A stretch of 64,000 nt of DNA, taken from positions 1-64,000 of the IMG/VR virus record IMGVR_UViG_3300020463_001735. One strand, given 5' to 3'. Each line of letters opens with the position of its first letter. Within the stretch, counting starts at the first letter, position 1. Source of the stretch: a virus. The position numbers were made by a program, and so were the translations under genes. Below the pieces are notes generated by a model. It saw nothing but the letters and a program-made list of their open reading frames with translations, was not told where the DNA came from and searched no databases. Below, piece after piece: positions 35,101-48,100 of the stretch.

Positions 35101-35937
35101 TTAAAGTGTAGATTGATTGGTATATGTTGGTGCTGATAAAGAAACGTTTGAACCAGATGCTCTTAAATGTTGTACATTACTTGTGGTTGTGCCTGTAACG
35201 TTTTCATCTGGATTACCACCTTTGTCGTCTTGTAAATATATTCTAAACAATATAGCACCAGTTTGACTTAGAGCTGAAATAATATAATCATTTGCCGCAT
35301 ATACACCTGAGCCAGATTTTTGAAATATCTGTTGATAGCTACCAGTTAAATCTTGTTGACCTATACTTGTTCCTGAGCCAGATCCTGTAGATGTTGTATT
35401 GGTGTAGTTCATTTTTATAGTACCCATGTTTGCTAACATATTACGCCAATCAACATTAATTGAACTAGATCCGCCGGATTGACTAGCAGTAAACCTAATT
35501 TCTCCACCTGCTTTAAAAAATTGTGTTTTAGCAATATCAGAACCAAAACTTACTAATACCCTGTGTTCTAATGTTCCATTCCAAGGCGAAGTTCTTGAAC
35601 TACTTGTTCCAGATTCAATTGAAAATTGTCCTGATCCAATTGAATATAAATTTGATTCAACAGTGGTCATTACTGTTGCATATTGATTTAAATGAGCGGC
35701 TAGTATTGTATCGCCCACATCTACGTTAGTAATAGTAGGACCAGTGCCTTGTTGATGGGTATATGCTTTTGTAATATCTGTGCGTAAATTATCTAACTGA
35801 TCGTCTGTAATTGTTTGGCCTACTGATACTTGTCCACTTAATAACGATTGTCCGTAGTCTGTACCCATTATGGTGTTAATTCGACTTTGAACTGTGTTAT
35901 AATCGCCTGCTGTAATTGTTGCATTTTGGACTGGCAT
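35101..35937 (-). CDS. virion structural protein (S/T/G-rich)
   Basis: FFKAGGEIRF, DW..ML..MG, YQQIF motifs; lies in the tail cluster. Confidence 0.7.
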   Translation of the reverse strand: MPVQNATITAGDYNTVQSRINTIMGTDYGQSLLSGQVSVGQTITDDQLDNLRTDITKAYTHQQGTGPTITNVDVGDTILAAHLNQYATVMTTVESNLYSIGSGQFSIESGTSSSRTSPWNGTLEHRVLVSFGSDIAKTQFFKAGGEIRFTASQSGGSSSINVDWRNMLANMGTIKMNYTNTTSTGSGSGTSIGQQDLTGSYQQIFQKSGSGVYAANDYIISALSQTGAILFRIYLQDDKGGNPDENVTGTTTSNVQHLRASGSNVSLSAPTYTNQSTL

Positions 35938-35957
35938 ATAATATCTCCTATTCCTTA

Positions 35958-35986
35958 ATTATAGTACAAACAAAGATTAAAGTCAA
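35958..35986 (-). promoter_or_regulatory. sigma70-type promoter
   Basis: TTGACT-N17-TATAAT. Confidence 0.8.
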
Positions 35987-36004
35987 CACTTTTTATTAAC
36001 TACG

Positions 36005-36016
36005 TATTTATTTATA
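36005..36016 (-). promoter_or_regulatory. late promoter TATAAATA(AATA)
   Basis: Exact T4 late consensus TATAAATA overlapping the upstream stop, followed by an overlapping ATAAATA. Confidence 0.6.
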
Positions 36017-37514
36017 CTTTCAACACACATTCAATCAATTTTTCCGATTCATCGTCACTTGATTCTAATGCTATGCCAACCATTGCCGTTGTATGGATTG
36101 TAGAACACACGCCGTCTTGCCATGCATATATTGGTTGTCCTTTTGCTACAATACCTTTTACTCTAACAGGAACACGACCTTTTAATGCAATATATTGTCC
36201 ATCAGATTCTGAATTCATCATTAAACCTGGATCTGTTGATACTACACCAATACAAATATCACTTACCTTAGCTGGTTCTATTTCATGATCTGGATGACTG
36301 CATACTGCTACTGCTGTTCCTGCTGGTAATTCTTCTTTTGTAGTATATTTTTCTGCAAGGTCAGCAAAACGTGAACTTGTAGCAATGCCGTCAAATACGT
36401 TTGCTGTAATATTTCCACTTGCGTTTCTGCATGCAATAGTGTTTGGTAATGTTGTAGACACAGAAGCAGCTCTATAACTGCCGCCATCTACTTGTAATGT
36501 GTTGGCCTGAGTTGCTGTTCCTGTAAATGTTGTGGCAAATACATTATTAAATGTGTCTGTAGCAGAACCTATTGTAACAGTTTGTATTGAAGTACCGTCT
36601 GATTGTAATCCTGGCAACAATGCAAGTGTAGCATCTGCTTGGACACGTAAGATATTTTCTGTTGTTCCACTTAATGGCTTTGCACTTAATTTAATAGTTT
36701 TGCCTACTTCGTTTGCAATACTACCTTCATTATCATTAATAATTTTAATTTTTAGATCACTACTATCACCTATAGCAATACCTACATCAGCAAAACTTGT
36801 CAATGTTGTAAATGCCGCTAATCCAGTTTGTACAAAATTCGATGCTTCTATACCGCCTAATTTATCAGCATTTGTTGCTGTACCGTGAAATCTATGTCCT
36901 GTAGTAGTAACGCCGTTTGCACTATTTTGTGTATTTTTAAGTGTTAATCCTCTTCTAATGACATCATATCCAGTAATAGCATTTTCAGCATCAGTTGAAT
37001 CAATAGTAAATTGTATTGCACTTATTGTAAATATTACTTCATCATTTACAGTGGCTGCAATTATAGATCTATTTGTTCCACCATCATCACGCACTGTTTT
37101 GGATTGCATTTGAGTAATACCAGATCCTGCGTCTTGTGGTCCAACTAGGATAAAATCTGTTCCGTTATAGGCATATAATTGTTCGTTGGCAGTATCCCAC
37201 CAAAAGTCGCCAGCCTTTAAGCCAGTTGGGGCACTTGCACTGACCTCGGCACCGCCTGTGGTACGCCATTTTGTTCCATCATAAAACTTTAATTTTGAAT
37301 TTCCGCTATCAAACCACATTTGTCCTGATATAGCTTTTGGCGGAGCATTTGCACCGCTAAAATTTTCTAGTAAGAATACAAAATTTTCATTTTGTATTTC
37401 TCCATAACCTGCATAGTTTTTTCCAACTAGTTTAAGGTCAGTGGTTTGATCTAGAGTACCGTCTTCGACTGTACTCAGTGTTGCATTGTTGTATCTGTTT
37501 ATCGTATATGCCAT
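36012..37514 (-). CDS. tail fibre/baseplate structural protein with C-terminal chaperone-like domain
   Basis: Shared LVGKNY..YGE..NENF..LLENF N-terminus; C-terminal ADLAEKY...IALKGRVPV...VGIALE. Confidence 0.75.
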   Translation of the reverse strand: MAYTINRYNNATLSTVEDGTLDQTTDLKLVGKNYAGYGEIQNENFVFLLENFSGANAPPKAISGQMWFDSGNSKLKFYDGTKWRTTGGAEVSASAPTGLKAGDFWWDTANEQLYAYNGTDFILVGPQDAGSGITQMQSKTVRDDGGTNRSIIAATVNDEVIFTISAIQFTIDSTDAENAITGYDVIRRGLTLKNTQNSANGVTTTGHRFHGTATNADKLGGIEASNFVQTGLAAFTTLTSFADVGIAIGDSSDLKIKIINDNEGSIANEVGKTIKLSAKPLSGTTENILRVQADATLALLPGLQSDGTSIQTVTIGSATDTFNNVFATTFTGTATQANTLQVDGGSYRAASVSTTLPNTIACRNASGNITANVFDGIATSSRFADLAEKYTTKEELPAGTAVAVCSHPDHEIEPAKVSDICIGVVSTDPGLMMNSESDGQYIALKGRVPVRVKGIVAKGQPIYAWQDGVCSTIHTTAMVGIALESSDDESEKLIECVLKV

Positions 37515-37539
37515 TTCTTATAACCCCTAATACATAATG

Positions 37540-37546
37540 TATTTAT
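37540..37546 (-). promoter_or_regulatory. late promoter core ATAAATA
   Basis: Intergenic, upstream of the 37514 start. Confidence 0.6.
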
Positions 37547-37550
37547 TCGT

Positions 37551-39467
37551 TTACGGTGTATATGTGTTTGTGCTTGTATGTGTCCATGCTCCACCTGATA
37601 CAGTAAACACCATTGTGTATCTGTTTGGAGTTAGGGTAGCGTTACCGCTTGCCGCAGAAAATGTCACGTCTTGCACAACTGATTGTGCATTTACTACATT
37701 ATTTTTATCTACTGATACAGTAGATTTACTCATAGCGGCGTTAATATCAATACCACTAACTGATGCTGAACTATAATCAACTGCGTGTATCACTGCTTTT
37801 GCACCATTAGTTAATGTTTTAACACCCGCTGTATACATTGCTGTAAGTATAGCAATAATATTAGTTGTAGGTCCATCACCTGTTCCTGGTGGGTTTGGTG
37901 ATGTCAAACCTGTAATATCTAAACTTAAAACTAGTGGTTCAATTTCCCTTGCATTATCGGTATAACCTTTAGTAGCTACGTGGCTGTCAGCTGTAGGTGA
38001 TGCTACACCCGTAATTTTTTGCGTGTTAACAGCGATATCGCCACTTGTTGAAATCGATAATCCACTTGTTGATGTAATAGTTGAACCGTTTATATTAATA
38101 TTATCAACATCTAGTTGTGTCAAAGTGCCTAGTCTTGTTAAGCCGGTTGCTTGTGTTACTGTGTTATGTAATTCTGTATCAGAAAGTTTTTTTACTCCCT
38201 TGATATGATATGCAGGATTTCCTATTGTATCAGTAGCGGCTAAATCTACATTTTGATTAAATGTCCACGCTGATGTTGCATTACGCCATAAAATATCCTT
38301 AGATCCGGTTATACTATTTAAAATTACGCCTCCTTGGTCTATGGCGGCGTCAGTAGGAAGTGTACTATCGCTTGTAATACCTAGTTCTAAATTTTTTCCT
38401 TCAATCTTAAAATTAGATACATCAAATGAAAGTGTAGTACCTGTTACAGTTAAATTTCCTACAACGTCTAAATTTCCGCTTATTTTACCATTACCTGTAA
38501 CATCTAATGCCGCTGTAGGAGTTGAATTAAAAAAACCAAGGTACTGATTTGTAGAATCTATATAAAGAGCACTGTTAGTAGAGTTCCCTACTCTTATTCT
38601 CATATCAATATCGGAATCACCTGCTTGATTTTCAAATACTGTTGTTGTACCATCTATTTTTATAGCATGATATTTAGTATCTCCTACACCAATAGCAAGT
38701 CCACCACTGTTTTTAACAAACAAACTTCCTGTCATATTTTGGTTACCAGTGGTGGCAACAAATTTTGACACATCATATTTTGTGCCAGCACCATCTACTA
38801 ATGCATCTGCAGACTCTGCAGTTCCGTTGTATTTGTAAATTTCTCCTGTAGGATTGACAGGATTAAATCCAACTTTAATTAATTGTCGTTGCGGTGATTG
38901 AGAATCATTTGCATCTACAGGATATCCTGGTATTTCAAAATTATTACCTGGACGAAATTGTACACGAGAATGCACACCTGCAAGTACACCTCCAACGAAT
39001 AGTTTAAGTACTGTTCTTGTAACGTTACCATCATCAACAACACTATCTGCTTCGAATCCTGTTTTCCCTTGCCTCTGTGTGTACATAGGTCCCACAAGTA
39101 CAAGATCTGTTCCATCATAGAAATATAGTCTATTCTTAGCATCATCTATCCATAAATCACCAGCTACTAAATTTGTAGGCTCTTGGTTACTTACAATTGG
39201 TCCGCCTGCTACTTTCCAAGCACTACCATTAAAAATTTTTAATCTTGCACTTGCTGTGTCATACCATAATTGTCCTTTCAACGGGTTTGTTGGTGCACTA
39301 CTGCTAGAAAAGTTTTCAAGCATTTTAATATAATTTTCATTGATGAATTCACCAAAACCTTTATAGTTTCTTCCCACTAATGTAATGTCAGTGCTTGTTG
39401 TATCAATAGAACCATCTACAAGCGTTACTAAAAGCGTGCCATCTGTTTTGTTTAGAATGTAACTCAT
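37551..39467 (-). CDS. tail fibre/baseplate structural protein
   Basis: Same N-terminal module; GQLWYD and GDLWID repeats; PTADSHVATKGYTD fibre motif. Confidence 0.75.
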   Translation of the reverse strand: MSYILNKTDGTLLVTLVDGSIDTTSTDITLVGRNYKGFGEFINENYIKMLENFSSSSAPTNPLKGQLWYDTASARLKIFNGSAWKVAGGPIVSNQEPTNLVAGDLWIDDAKNRLYFYDGTDLVLVGPMYTQRQGKTGFEADSVVDDGNVTRTVLKLFVGGVLAGVHSRVQFRPGNNFEIPGYPVDANDSQSPQRQLIKVGFNPVNPTGEIYKYNGTAESADALVDGAGTKYDVSKFVATTGNQNMTGSLFVKNSGGLAIGVGDTKYHAIKIDGTTTVFENQAGDSDIDMRIRVGNSTNSALYIDSTNQYLGFFNSTPTAALDVTGNGKISGNLDVVGNLTVTGTTLSFDVSNFKIEGKNLELGITSDSTLPTDAAIDQGGVILNSITGSKDILWRNATSAWTFNQNVDLAATDTIGNPAYHIKGVKKLSDTELHNTVTQATGLTRLGTLTQLDVDNININGSTITSTSGLSISTSGDIAVNTQKITGVASPTADSHVATKGYTDNAREIEPLVLSLDITGLTSPNPPGTGDGPTTNIIAILTAMYTAGVKTLTNGAKAVIHAVDYSSASVSGIDINAAMSKSTVSVDKNNVVNAQSVVQDVTFSAASGNATLTPNRYTMVFTVSGGAWTHTSTNTYTP

Positions 39468-41488
39468 TACGCACTCCTACCTGTATAAATGATATACTTC
39501 ATACTCATATAAGGATTCATTACATCTAACGGGTCGCCGTCACCTCCGTCAAGAACACCACCACTTGTTAATATACGTTGGCTATTTTGTTGTGACGCAA
39601 TATCAACTGTTGATCTTTGAATTCCAGTTAGTAACGTATCTCCTGTGTTTATTTCTCGCACTGCATAAAATTGTTCTCCTGTAGGCGAACGTAGATCATG
39701 TTCATGCTCAGGTAAATTTTTTGTTGTAACAGTTTTAGTTTCGCTTCCGCCTATGCCGCCTAATGTGTCTGCTGAGTTGTTAGTGACTGTATTTGCACTT
39801 ACACCATTCATGTTATCTAATCCTAAAGGAAATCTACCTCTTAAATCCGGCACAGCAAATTTTCCAGATTCTGGAGAATCTTTAAATGAAAAAAGAATAG
39901 CATCATATAAAGCCTGATACTCTGCTATAAGATACTCTGCTCCGTCACATAGCAACCAACCTGCAGGAGTAGCTATACCTGCATATGGCACAATCACACC
40001 CGGCGGATTTGTTGGTACAGCTTTTAACAAATTACGTCTTGATACTTTTTTAAGTCCTGTCTGGCCTGACGTTCTATTAATTAATATTTCATCATCTACT
40101 TGTGTTTCTGTAACACTTGTTTTGTTTGAAACAATAGTATTACTAATACTTGTTGTAAATGTTTTTACACTTCCGCCAACTTGTCCATCAAATACAAAAT
40201 CGTCAGCACTTACATCACCTGTCAACCTAAATGTTGTTGAACTTGTTAATTTATCTGCAGATCCTGCTCTACCGGATACAGTACCACTTACATTTCCTGT
40301 AAGGTTTCCAATAAATGTTGTAGCATACATAGTCTTATATTTGTTTAATGCAGCTCCTATATTTCTAACGTTACTTTGATCAGGTTCAATATTACGTGTG
40401 TTTAAAGTATTTTCTAGTTCTGTTTGGCCACCTACAAATAAATTTTTTGCTATACCTACACCACCTTTGATAATTGCACTACCTGTACCTATAGTTGTTG
40501 CATCTGTCGTATCATTTATTTTTAACACACCACTTTGTTGTATGTTACCTGTAACATCTAATGCTTCTTCTGGTGCTTCGTTGTTGATACCCACTTTTAG
40601 ATCACTATCAACTCTCACTACAGTTTTAGAAGTACCAGCATTTTTTACTCTTAAGTCAATGTTAGACCCTGCAACTTGATGTTGTAATATACCAGCATTT
40701 CCTTCAATACCTATATTCATTTCTGAATTGATACCATAATTAATACCTGCGTTATTTTGAACATTAAGTCCATTTAATGTTGTGCTTACAATATCGCTTC
40801 TTAAAAAATTTCCTGCACTAACATTAACATTGTTTACAATTAAAGATTCTGCTTTTTCTGCTGTTCCGTAAAATTTTGCTGCACCGTCTCCTTTTATATC
40901 CCTAGAAGATAACGTAACACCTGGTTTAATCACAGTAAAACCTGGTATAGTTGTTTTAGGTGTAAATTCGTCCGTAGCAATTATTGCAATAGGTTGTGCA
41001 TCCACTTCTATCTGTACAACATTATAAACAAGATTATCAGTTCCAGTCAGCGATACTGGTATAGGTCCTGTGTTAAGGCCATCACTAAATGTGGGGCCTA
41101 CAAGCACCCACCCAGATCCGCTAAACAAGTATAACTGTTGGTTATCTGTGTCAGTCCATAAATCGCCTATTTGACTGTTCGCCGCTTCTGGTTCTGTTGT
41201 TCCTCTAATAATACCACCTACAGGAACCCAATCAGGAAGATTGTATACCTTAAGTTGTTCTTTTCCTGGAGTGCTATCATACCAAAGTTGACCTTCAACA
41301 GGGTTGCTAGGTTGTGTGGCACTTGCAAAATTTTCTAACAGATGCAAAAAGTTTTCTGCAATAGCAGTACCATATGCAGTTGTGTTTCTACCAGGAATTT
41401 TTAAATCTGTTGTTGTGTTAAGAGTGTTATCCTCAATAGTAATAGTGCCTTTGTTGGCCTGGTCTGTATATGCAATAGTATAAGCCAT
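39467..41488 (-). CDS. baseplate/short tail fibre protein with tail-collar domain
   Basis: Same N-terminal module; PPGVIVPYAG..PAGWLLCDG..VPDLRGRFPLG..LPEHEH..YIIY collar/tip motifs. Confidence 0.85.
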   Translation of the reverse strand: MAYTIAYTDQANKGTITIEDNTLNTTTDLKIPGRNTTAYGTAIAENFLHLLENFASATQPSNPVEGQLWYDSTPGKEQLKVYNLPDWVPVGGIIRGTTEPEAANSQIGDLWTDTDNQQLYLFSGSGWVLVGPTFSDGLNTGPIPVSLTGTDNLVYNVVQIEVDAQPIAIIATDEFTPKTTIPGFTVIKPGVTLSSRDIKGDGAAKFYGTAEKAESLIVNNVNVSAGNFLRSDIVSTTLNGLNVQNNAGINYGINSEMNIGIEGNAGILQHQVAGSNIDLRVKNAGTSKTVVRVDSDLKVGINNEAPEEALDVTGNIQQSGVLKINDTTDATTIGTGSAIIKGGVGIAKNLFVGGQTELENTLNTRNIEPDQSNVRNIGAALNKYKTMYATTFIGNLTGNVSGTVSGRAGSADKLTSSTTFRLTGDVSADDFVFDGQVGGSVKTFTTSISNTIVSNKTSVTETQVDDEILINRTSGQTGLKKVSRRNLLKAVPTNPPGVIVPYAGIATPAGWLLCDGAEYLIAEYQALYDAILFSFKDSPESGKFAVPDLRGRFPLGLDNMNGVSANTVTNNSADTLGGIGGSETKTVTTKNLPEHEHDLRSPTGEQFYAVREINTGDTLLTGIQRSTVDIASQQNSQRILTSGGVLDGGDGDPLDVMNPYMSMKYIIYTGRSA

Positions 41489-41491
41489 TTA

Positions 41492-42106
41492 TTATCCCTC
41501 GTTGAATCCTGTTAAACTTTGAACTCTTACTGTATAATCAATTTGTACTAGTCTGTTCAAACTTTTTTGTACAGGATGAAATACAACATGTGTTAACAAT
41601 CTACCATTACCATCTTCCGCATATGCTTTTAAACCTAATTCATCAAATACGTATAAAGAATTTTGATCTGTAGCTGTATCAAATGCATCTTGTCCGGCAG
41701 GTTCACCGTAATCAAGTAGACATGTAACTAATACATCTGTATAATTAGTACCACTAATATGTCTGGTTTCTATTTTATTACGAACAGGATCAATGTTTGA
41801 CACGCTCCTATCATCTACAACTTTTTTAAAAGTTTGATTGTATAAACTTGCATTTGTTCCTGTACTGTTAGGTGTAAGATATGTAATTATTCCTGTAGGA
41901 TCTACACTAGTGCCACCATTTCCAAACGCCATTTCGTGTATCCAACCGTTTCCGCTATTTCCTAAACTTTCAGCGAGAGATAAACTTATGTTTTCATAAT
42001 GTATAGCATTACGTTTATCTATAATGACTTGTCCACTTTCAGGATCATAAATTTTAATATGTCCTTGTATATACACACCTTGATGTTCGTTTATTTTATC
42101 TGTCAT
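41492..42106 (-). CDS. baseplate-associated structural protein
   Basis: GHIKIYD..NAIH..FGNGG..FDELGL..LLTHVVFHPVQKS; position in the tail cluster. Confidence 0.7.
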   Translation of the reverse strand: MTDKINEHQGVYIQGHIKIYDPESGQVIIDKRNAIHYENISLSLAESLGNSGNGWIHEMAFGNGGTSVDPTGIITYLTPNSTGTNASLYNQTFKKVVDDRSVSNIDPVRNKIETRHISGTNYTDVLVTCLLDYGEPAGQDAFDTATDQNSLYVFDELGLKAYAEDGNGRLLTHVVFHPVQKSLNRLVQIDYTVRVQSLTGFNEG

Positions 42107-42122
42107 TTTGTTTTCCTACATG

Positions 42123-42129
42123 TATTTAT
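42123..42129 (-). promoter_or_regulatory. late promoter core ATAAATA
   Basis: Overlaps the stop of the giant ORF, upstream of the 42106 start. Confidence 0.55.
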
Positions 42130-45100
42130 CGCGGCAAGTCAGTTGTTGAATTCCTTAAGAAACGAGCTATATTTCCTTTTGCTTTACTTAGCTGTGTTCC
42201 TAAATCGCTCCAAGTTCTTCCTTGCTTTCTAATTATAATTACTTTGCTATTTTCTGGTGCAGATTGTGCAAGAGAAAGTGTTGTACCTGATACAGTAAAC
42301 TCTGGTGGAAGTGTTTGATCACCTTCTGGTGAATCCATTTGTGGAGCACTTACTGTGTTTCCACTTCCGTCAACTGTTTCAAATGTATAACTATCAATAC
42401 TATTCTTTCTCATACGCTTGCCTGCAACAAAAACTTCAAATTCGTTTACACTTGTAGGTGTCCAATCTAGTTGAAAATCTGTAGTAGTTCCGTCACCGTC
42501 TAGTGTAAGAGTAATAGTTTCATCTTTGTAAGGAATATTTTGATCTATACCTTGTTGATATATTTCTGTGCCTTCTTTATATACATCCTTTGCACCTGTA
42601 CCCATTGTAGCTCTTCTAAGTTGCTTGAGTGTATTTCCGTCTCTTACAAAATATTCAATACGTTCACCTTCAATAAAAATAATACTTGGCATATCAGGAT
42701 TATCATTAGGTTGAGGTAGTTTATCGCCGTTTTCAACTTCTATAGTCTTATCCCATGGATATAAATCTCTTACAAGTAAAATATTTTCTGCTCCTGTGAG
42801 CCTTTTGTAGTGTGTCCTGTTAAGTATATCTTTAAACTGTCTCCAACCAAACTTTTGTATCAACGGTGGGTCAGCAAAATGTATAATATCTATAGTGTCA
42901 TTTTCTAATAAGTCATATGCAATTTTTATATATTTCTTATTATCTGTTACAAAGTAATCAACACTAGGTGTTAGCAGTATTCCATTTTTTACTACCCAAA
43001 CATACTGAGCATCAGTAGCCGGTTTGCGTAATTCAATTAAGCCATTTCTTAAATGCCTTAGGTTATACCAACTAGCAGAGCCTTGTGTTAATTTAGTTCT
43101 TTCTACAATGTCAAATTCTTGTCTTTCTATTCCCTGTGCTTCATCGTTATTAAATGTATACACAGTAATAATATCACTTGACTCATATACATTATCCATG
43201 TATATCGTTCCAGGAGTGCTTATAAATTCACCTGCACTATCCCAATATCCATATGCATATTGTCCATCTTTAATTGCATATACTCTTAGCGTATCACCAG
43301 TTTCGCCTACACCAGGCAACAATGTTATTGTTGAACCTATTTGTTGATCGGGTACTGAAGAAATGTCAAATTCTCCGGCACTAACATAATTCCATTGTAC
43401 TCCATACGTAAGTTCAATATCATTCAAATATACTAACAAATCCTGATGATTGAATGTACCTAAAGGCACTTGCCATAAATCTAATCGATATTCTCTTACA
43501 TCGGAAACAGCAAAATGTTGACTATATCCTGCTGTTAAGATAGTGTTATTAACTTTGACAATAGTATTATGTTGACTAGGTGTGCCACTAAATGGAGTCT
43601 TTTCTAAAGTATATGTAAGCGAACTGCCATCTCCTATAAATGTATCAATCTGTACTGCACTATAGTTTTGTGTAGTGCCTTCGAATATTCCAAAATTAAT
43701 TATTTTATCATTAGCAACAGGTGTTGCAAAACGTATTACAACATTTCCAGGCATATCGTGGGCACTGTCATCACTTTTAATAAGTAAAGTATCTTGTGTA
43801 ACACCGTCAATAGTAGCATAATGTGTCATATTCTCTGTCCAACGAATATTTGTAAGATAATCTATTGTGCTACCATCGCCAACAAAAGTTCCATAATCTA
43901 AAACATTTTTTCCTGCTACATCTAAAGTTATGATATTTACTTTTGTATTTGCAGTAGGAGCAACATCTAAAATAATACTTTTTCTATCTATAGAAAATAT
44001 ATAATCTTCCTTTGTTTTAATCTCGTTGCCTACCTTTAAAAATAGGTTATTATTAAAAGCAATATTTTGTCCAATTGCAAAAGTTTTTGTACTTCCGTCT
44101 CCAAGATAATTAAAACTTCTAATATTACTTGAACCACCTGTTGGTCTTTCGTATACTTGTATATCCACTGTATCTAAAACTTGTCCTGGAATAATTTCTT
44201 CCGGGCCTTTACTTGTGGTAGGAGTTACAAAGCCATCTCCATCTACAGTTATATCTTCTGCAGATAATCCACTAGCTGTTGTATAAGGAAAATCTCCGCC
44301 TTCTATTAATGTATCGTAACCATTAGGATCTGCTAAGAAACTTCCATCACTTGTTTTTTTACGTATTACAAGTGTATCTCCATCTGCTACTTTTATACCT
44401 AAGTTATCAAGATTAAGTATTTTTAAAGACCCGTCGCCGACAAGCGTTTCAATTATAGCGTTAGAATTTTCTATAAATGTACTACCATCATAATTTGGAT
44501 CGTCTATACGTACATTATTTTTGTAAACATTATATTCTACACCACTTTCTAAAGGTTTAGACAGTTCTATTAGTAGAGTGCTACCATCAAAGTTAAATAC
44601 TTCGTCTTCATAGGTATCATCATATGTATCCCATTTTCCGGTAAACCAACCTTCAGCATCAAATCCACCCTGATTTTCAAATCCAAAACTTTTTACTTCT
44701 ACTCCACCATAATCTATACCATCCATTACTTGTGAAATATCTTTTCCTAACATACCAGTGGTAGGATCATAAAGTAAATTAACCCTGTCTTGTGCCACTA
44801 GTAAATCAGGATCTTTTTTGTATTCTATAGTAATAGCTTTTGTATCTGCAGGAGGAGTATCAAGTGTTATACGTCCTTTGAATCTTACATAAGATTTTGT
44901 GTTATCTTGTAAATTAGTATAGGTATATTGACTATTTAAAAGCTCAGTACCACCAACTGTAATTTTTATGTTTGCAGGTTTTACATCTATTGGCCACTTC
45001 AAATCAAATACATATTTGCTACCTGTACCAACAAAACTTTCGCTTTCATTTAACTTTGTAATTATGAAACTAGAGCTAATCCTATCAAATTTTACCCTTG

Positions 45101-48100
45101 TTAAAAAACTTCTAACAGTTTGATGACCAATTACTGCACTTATCTTTGCATCAGTTCCGTCTGGGTTGCTTCCATTTATATCTAAAGTAGGTGCACCAAT
45201 GTAACCACTTCCTTCATTTACAACTTCGATTTTTACTATCTTTCCGTTAACACCTAAATAACTTTTAAATTTAGCACCTGTGCCACCGCCTCCAACTGCT
45301 GTGATTACAGGTGGCTCAGTATATTTAGAACCGCCATCATAAATGTTTACGCTTTTAATTTCATAACTTGCGTTATCCAGCCAATGTCTATAAGGATATG
45401 TTGTAATATCTGATTCTGTACCAACTATCATATCCTGTAGTACTTGTGAAGGATGAGGTTGTATACCCCTACCTTCAACATATCTAGGTGCTAAATCAAA
45501 ATCTGTAATCACTGTATTAGTAGGTTCTATCTTTTCATAACTAGAAAGATATTCACGTAATTTTGTTTTAAATGGTTTTACTTCTTCTAAATAATCCTCA
45601 TAACTAGGTAAATTATCATTGTTAAATGTTATATCTTCTCTAAGTGTTCCAACATTATGTTGAGCTTTTACAAAACTAGTTTTAAATGCCCAATCAATAT
45701 AAGGTTGTTCACTAAATGCATATCTTATACTAGCAAAAAACAGTTGGTTATATTCTTCTTCAAGTTCTACAGTGAATATATCATCACGTATTACTTCAAA
45801 TATTCTACGTTGTTCTACTGTAGGTTGTGCATCATAAAACTGAACATCAAAACTTATACTATCAAACCCATTCAAATTAGCAGTAACATCATATAAACCA
45901 CGCTTAAATTGTATGGTTCCATTCTGTCTACCTATTGTTTTATAATTCACTGTGTAATCAGTTGTTATTTGTTCATCTATTTTTTGCAACAACAACCAAC
46001 CACCTGTGCCTATAGTGCTTATTTTAACAATGTCACCAACTGAATCATTAAGTGGTTCTAATTGATAAGAATAATCAATTAAATAATCTATATCAATTGT
46101 TTCATTAACACCTGTAGCGTACCAATCTGCATACTCCCAATATAGCGTTGTATTGTATGCTTGGCTTTTGATTCTGTTCCAGCTGTTTGTTTCGCTTAGT
46201 CTTTCGTAAATGGACCATTTTCCGTTAATAGTTTCATCTGCTTTTACAAGTGCCGCAAACTTTCTTACTTCTATAGTAGTAGCATCTTCATAATTTTGTC
46301 CTTGATTATTCACAACCACAGTTGTAATTTGGCCTGCATTATCTATTGTAAATGTAAAATCTGCACCTTCTCCGCTATCTCCTCTAATAGTGTAGGTAGG
46401 CGAAACTAGATACCCTCGTCCAGGATCAGTAATAGTTACTCTTACTATTTTTCCATCCTCTATCACAGGAGTTAGAATTGCTTGTTTACTTTTTGCTACA
46501 CCAATAAGTTCAATTTCTGCAAAAGTGTCTACAGATGTATCATATAATCTAGAAATAGTGCTTGGAAAATCTTCTTTATAATCTAAGCCCGTTAAGTTTT
46601 TATTTTCTACAATTAAATTTTTTATAAGCACACTGTTAACACGTTCAATGGTTTGTTTCATTGCTTCTGTGCTGTTAACAAATATACTCTGTCTAGGTGT
46701 ATTTAATATTCCATATTTCTTTTTTGCACCTAATGTAGTATCTGGTACTGGTCTGTTGTTTGTATCGTATCCTATTAAACTATCAAACCATTTTCTTTCA
46801 ATATCTCTATTAGGTTTACTGCTTGCAAGACCATCTGTCAAAATTTGATATTGATTATGCACGTTTGTATCTTGATTATCTAATGTATAGTACTGTACAC
46901 TGATTGCAACATCTTTTCCTGAAATAAGTGTATCGCAATTATTAATTGCAAATTGATTGTTACTAAAGAAACTAACAAATTTATATCCATATGAATAAGG
47001 ATCTGTAATTAATTGTGCAGTGTTAAAAGCACTTTCATTTCTAAATTCATTATTAGGTATAGTTTTCTTATCTTTTACCCAATAAAAATACTTGTCTACA
47101 GAACTTTGGCTTATACTATCATATACTTTTTTAAGAACATAGTTTGTAGTGCTTTTTGCTTGGCCACTAATTCCCTGTGATAACCCATCATTTGTATCAG
47201 CTTGTGCATTCCATAACTCAGGAGTAAGTGTAGACTCTATCCATTCATATACATCTATCGATGCACCACTAAAAAGTTTGTTCCAATTATTTGTACTGTA
47301 TGTAACGTCATTTTGATAAGGATTTAAAAATTTTGCATTGTTTAAATCCCACCATAATTGTCCTACTTGTTCTGTGCCCCATGTGTTTAAGTTATCTACT
47401 ACCACATTTGTACCTGTTGTGTACGTAGCAGGGTCATAGTATGTTTTGTATCTTAGTTCTTGTTCTGCTACTCCTGCAATTTTTCCTTGCAAGACATCAA
47501 TATAATCTAAGTATGCAAGTAGCTCTTTTGTTTTTGTATCATACAAAATAACTTTTTTAATTTTATTAAGATCTACAGGATCTTTGGGTGTTCTAATATT
47601 ATCATATACTGATCCTTGTATACTATAATCAACAAATGCTCCTAATTTACTTGCAGTTTCTAATCTAGGTAATCCGACATACACATGATTTCCTCTTGCC
47701 TCTACATTTCTACCAAAATAATCTACATTTGCATTGTTTAATTGTATAATATCAGCATACAATAATTTTCCATTAAGATTTTCATAAACATAAACTACAC
47801 CATCATCTACATTTGTTTTTCTAAACTTAGTAAAGCTATTATCAAACGTAGTTGGCGATCCAGTTGGAGGACTTGTAGGATCGTTTGTGTATGCAGATCC
47901 TATTTTTTTAATACTAAATACGTCTATTGTAGATTCAAAAATACTGTCTGCATTTTTACTACCAACAGCAAGCACATTTCCTGTATATGACACTGTTGTT
48001 CCAAATTGTTCTGCCCTTTCATTTTTTGGGCTATATAAATTTTGATCTAATACAAATTTTCCGTTTTGTTGTCTGTAAATATATACAATTCCTTGATCTG

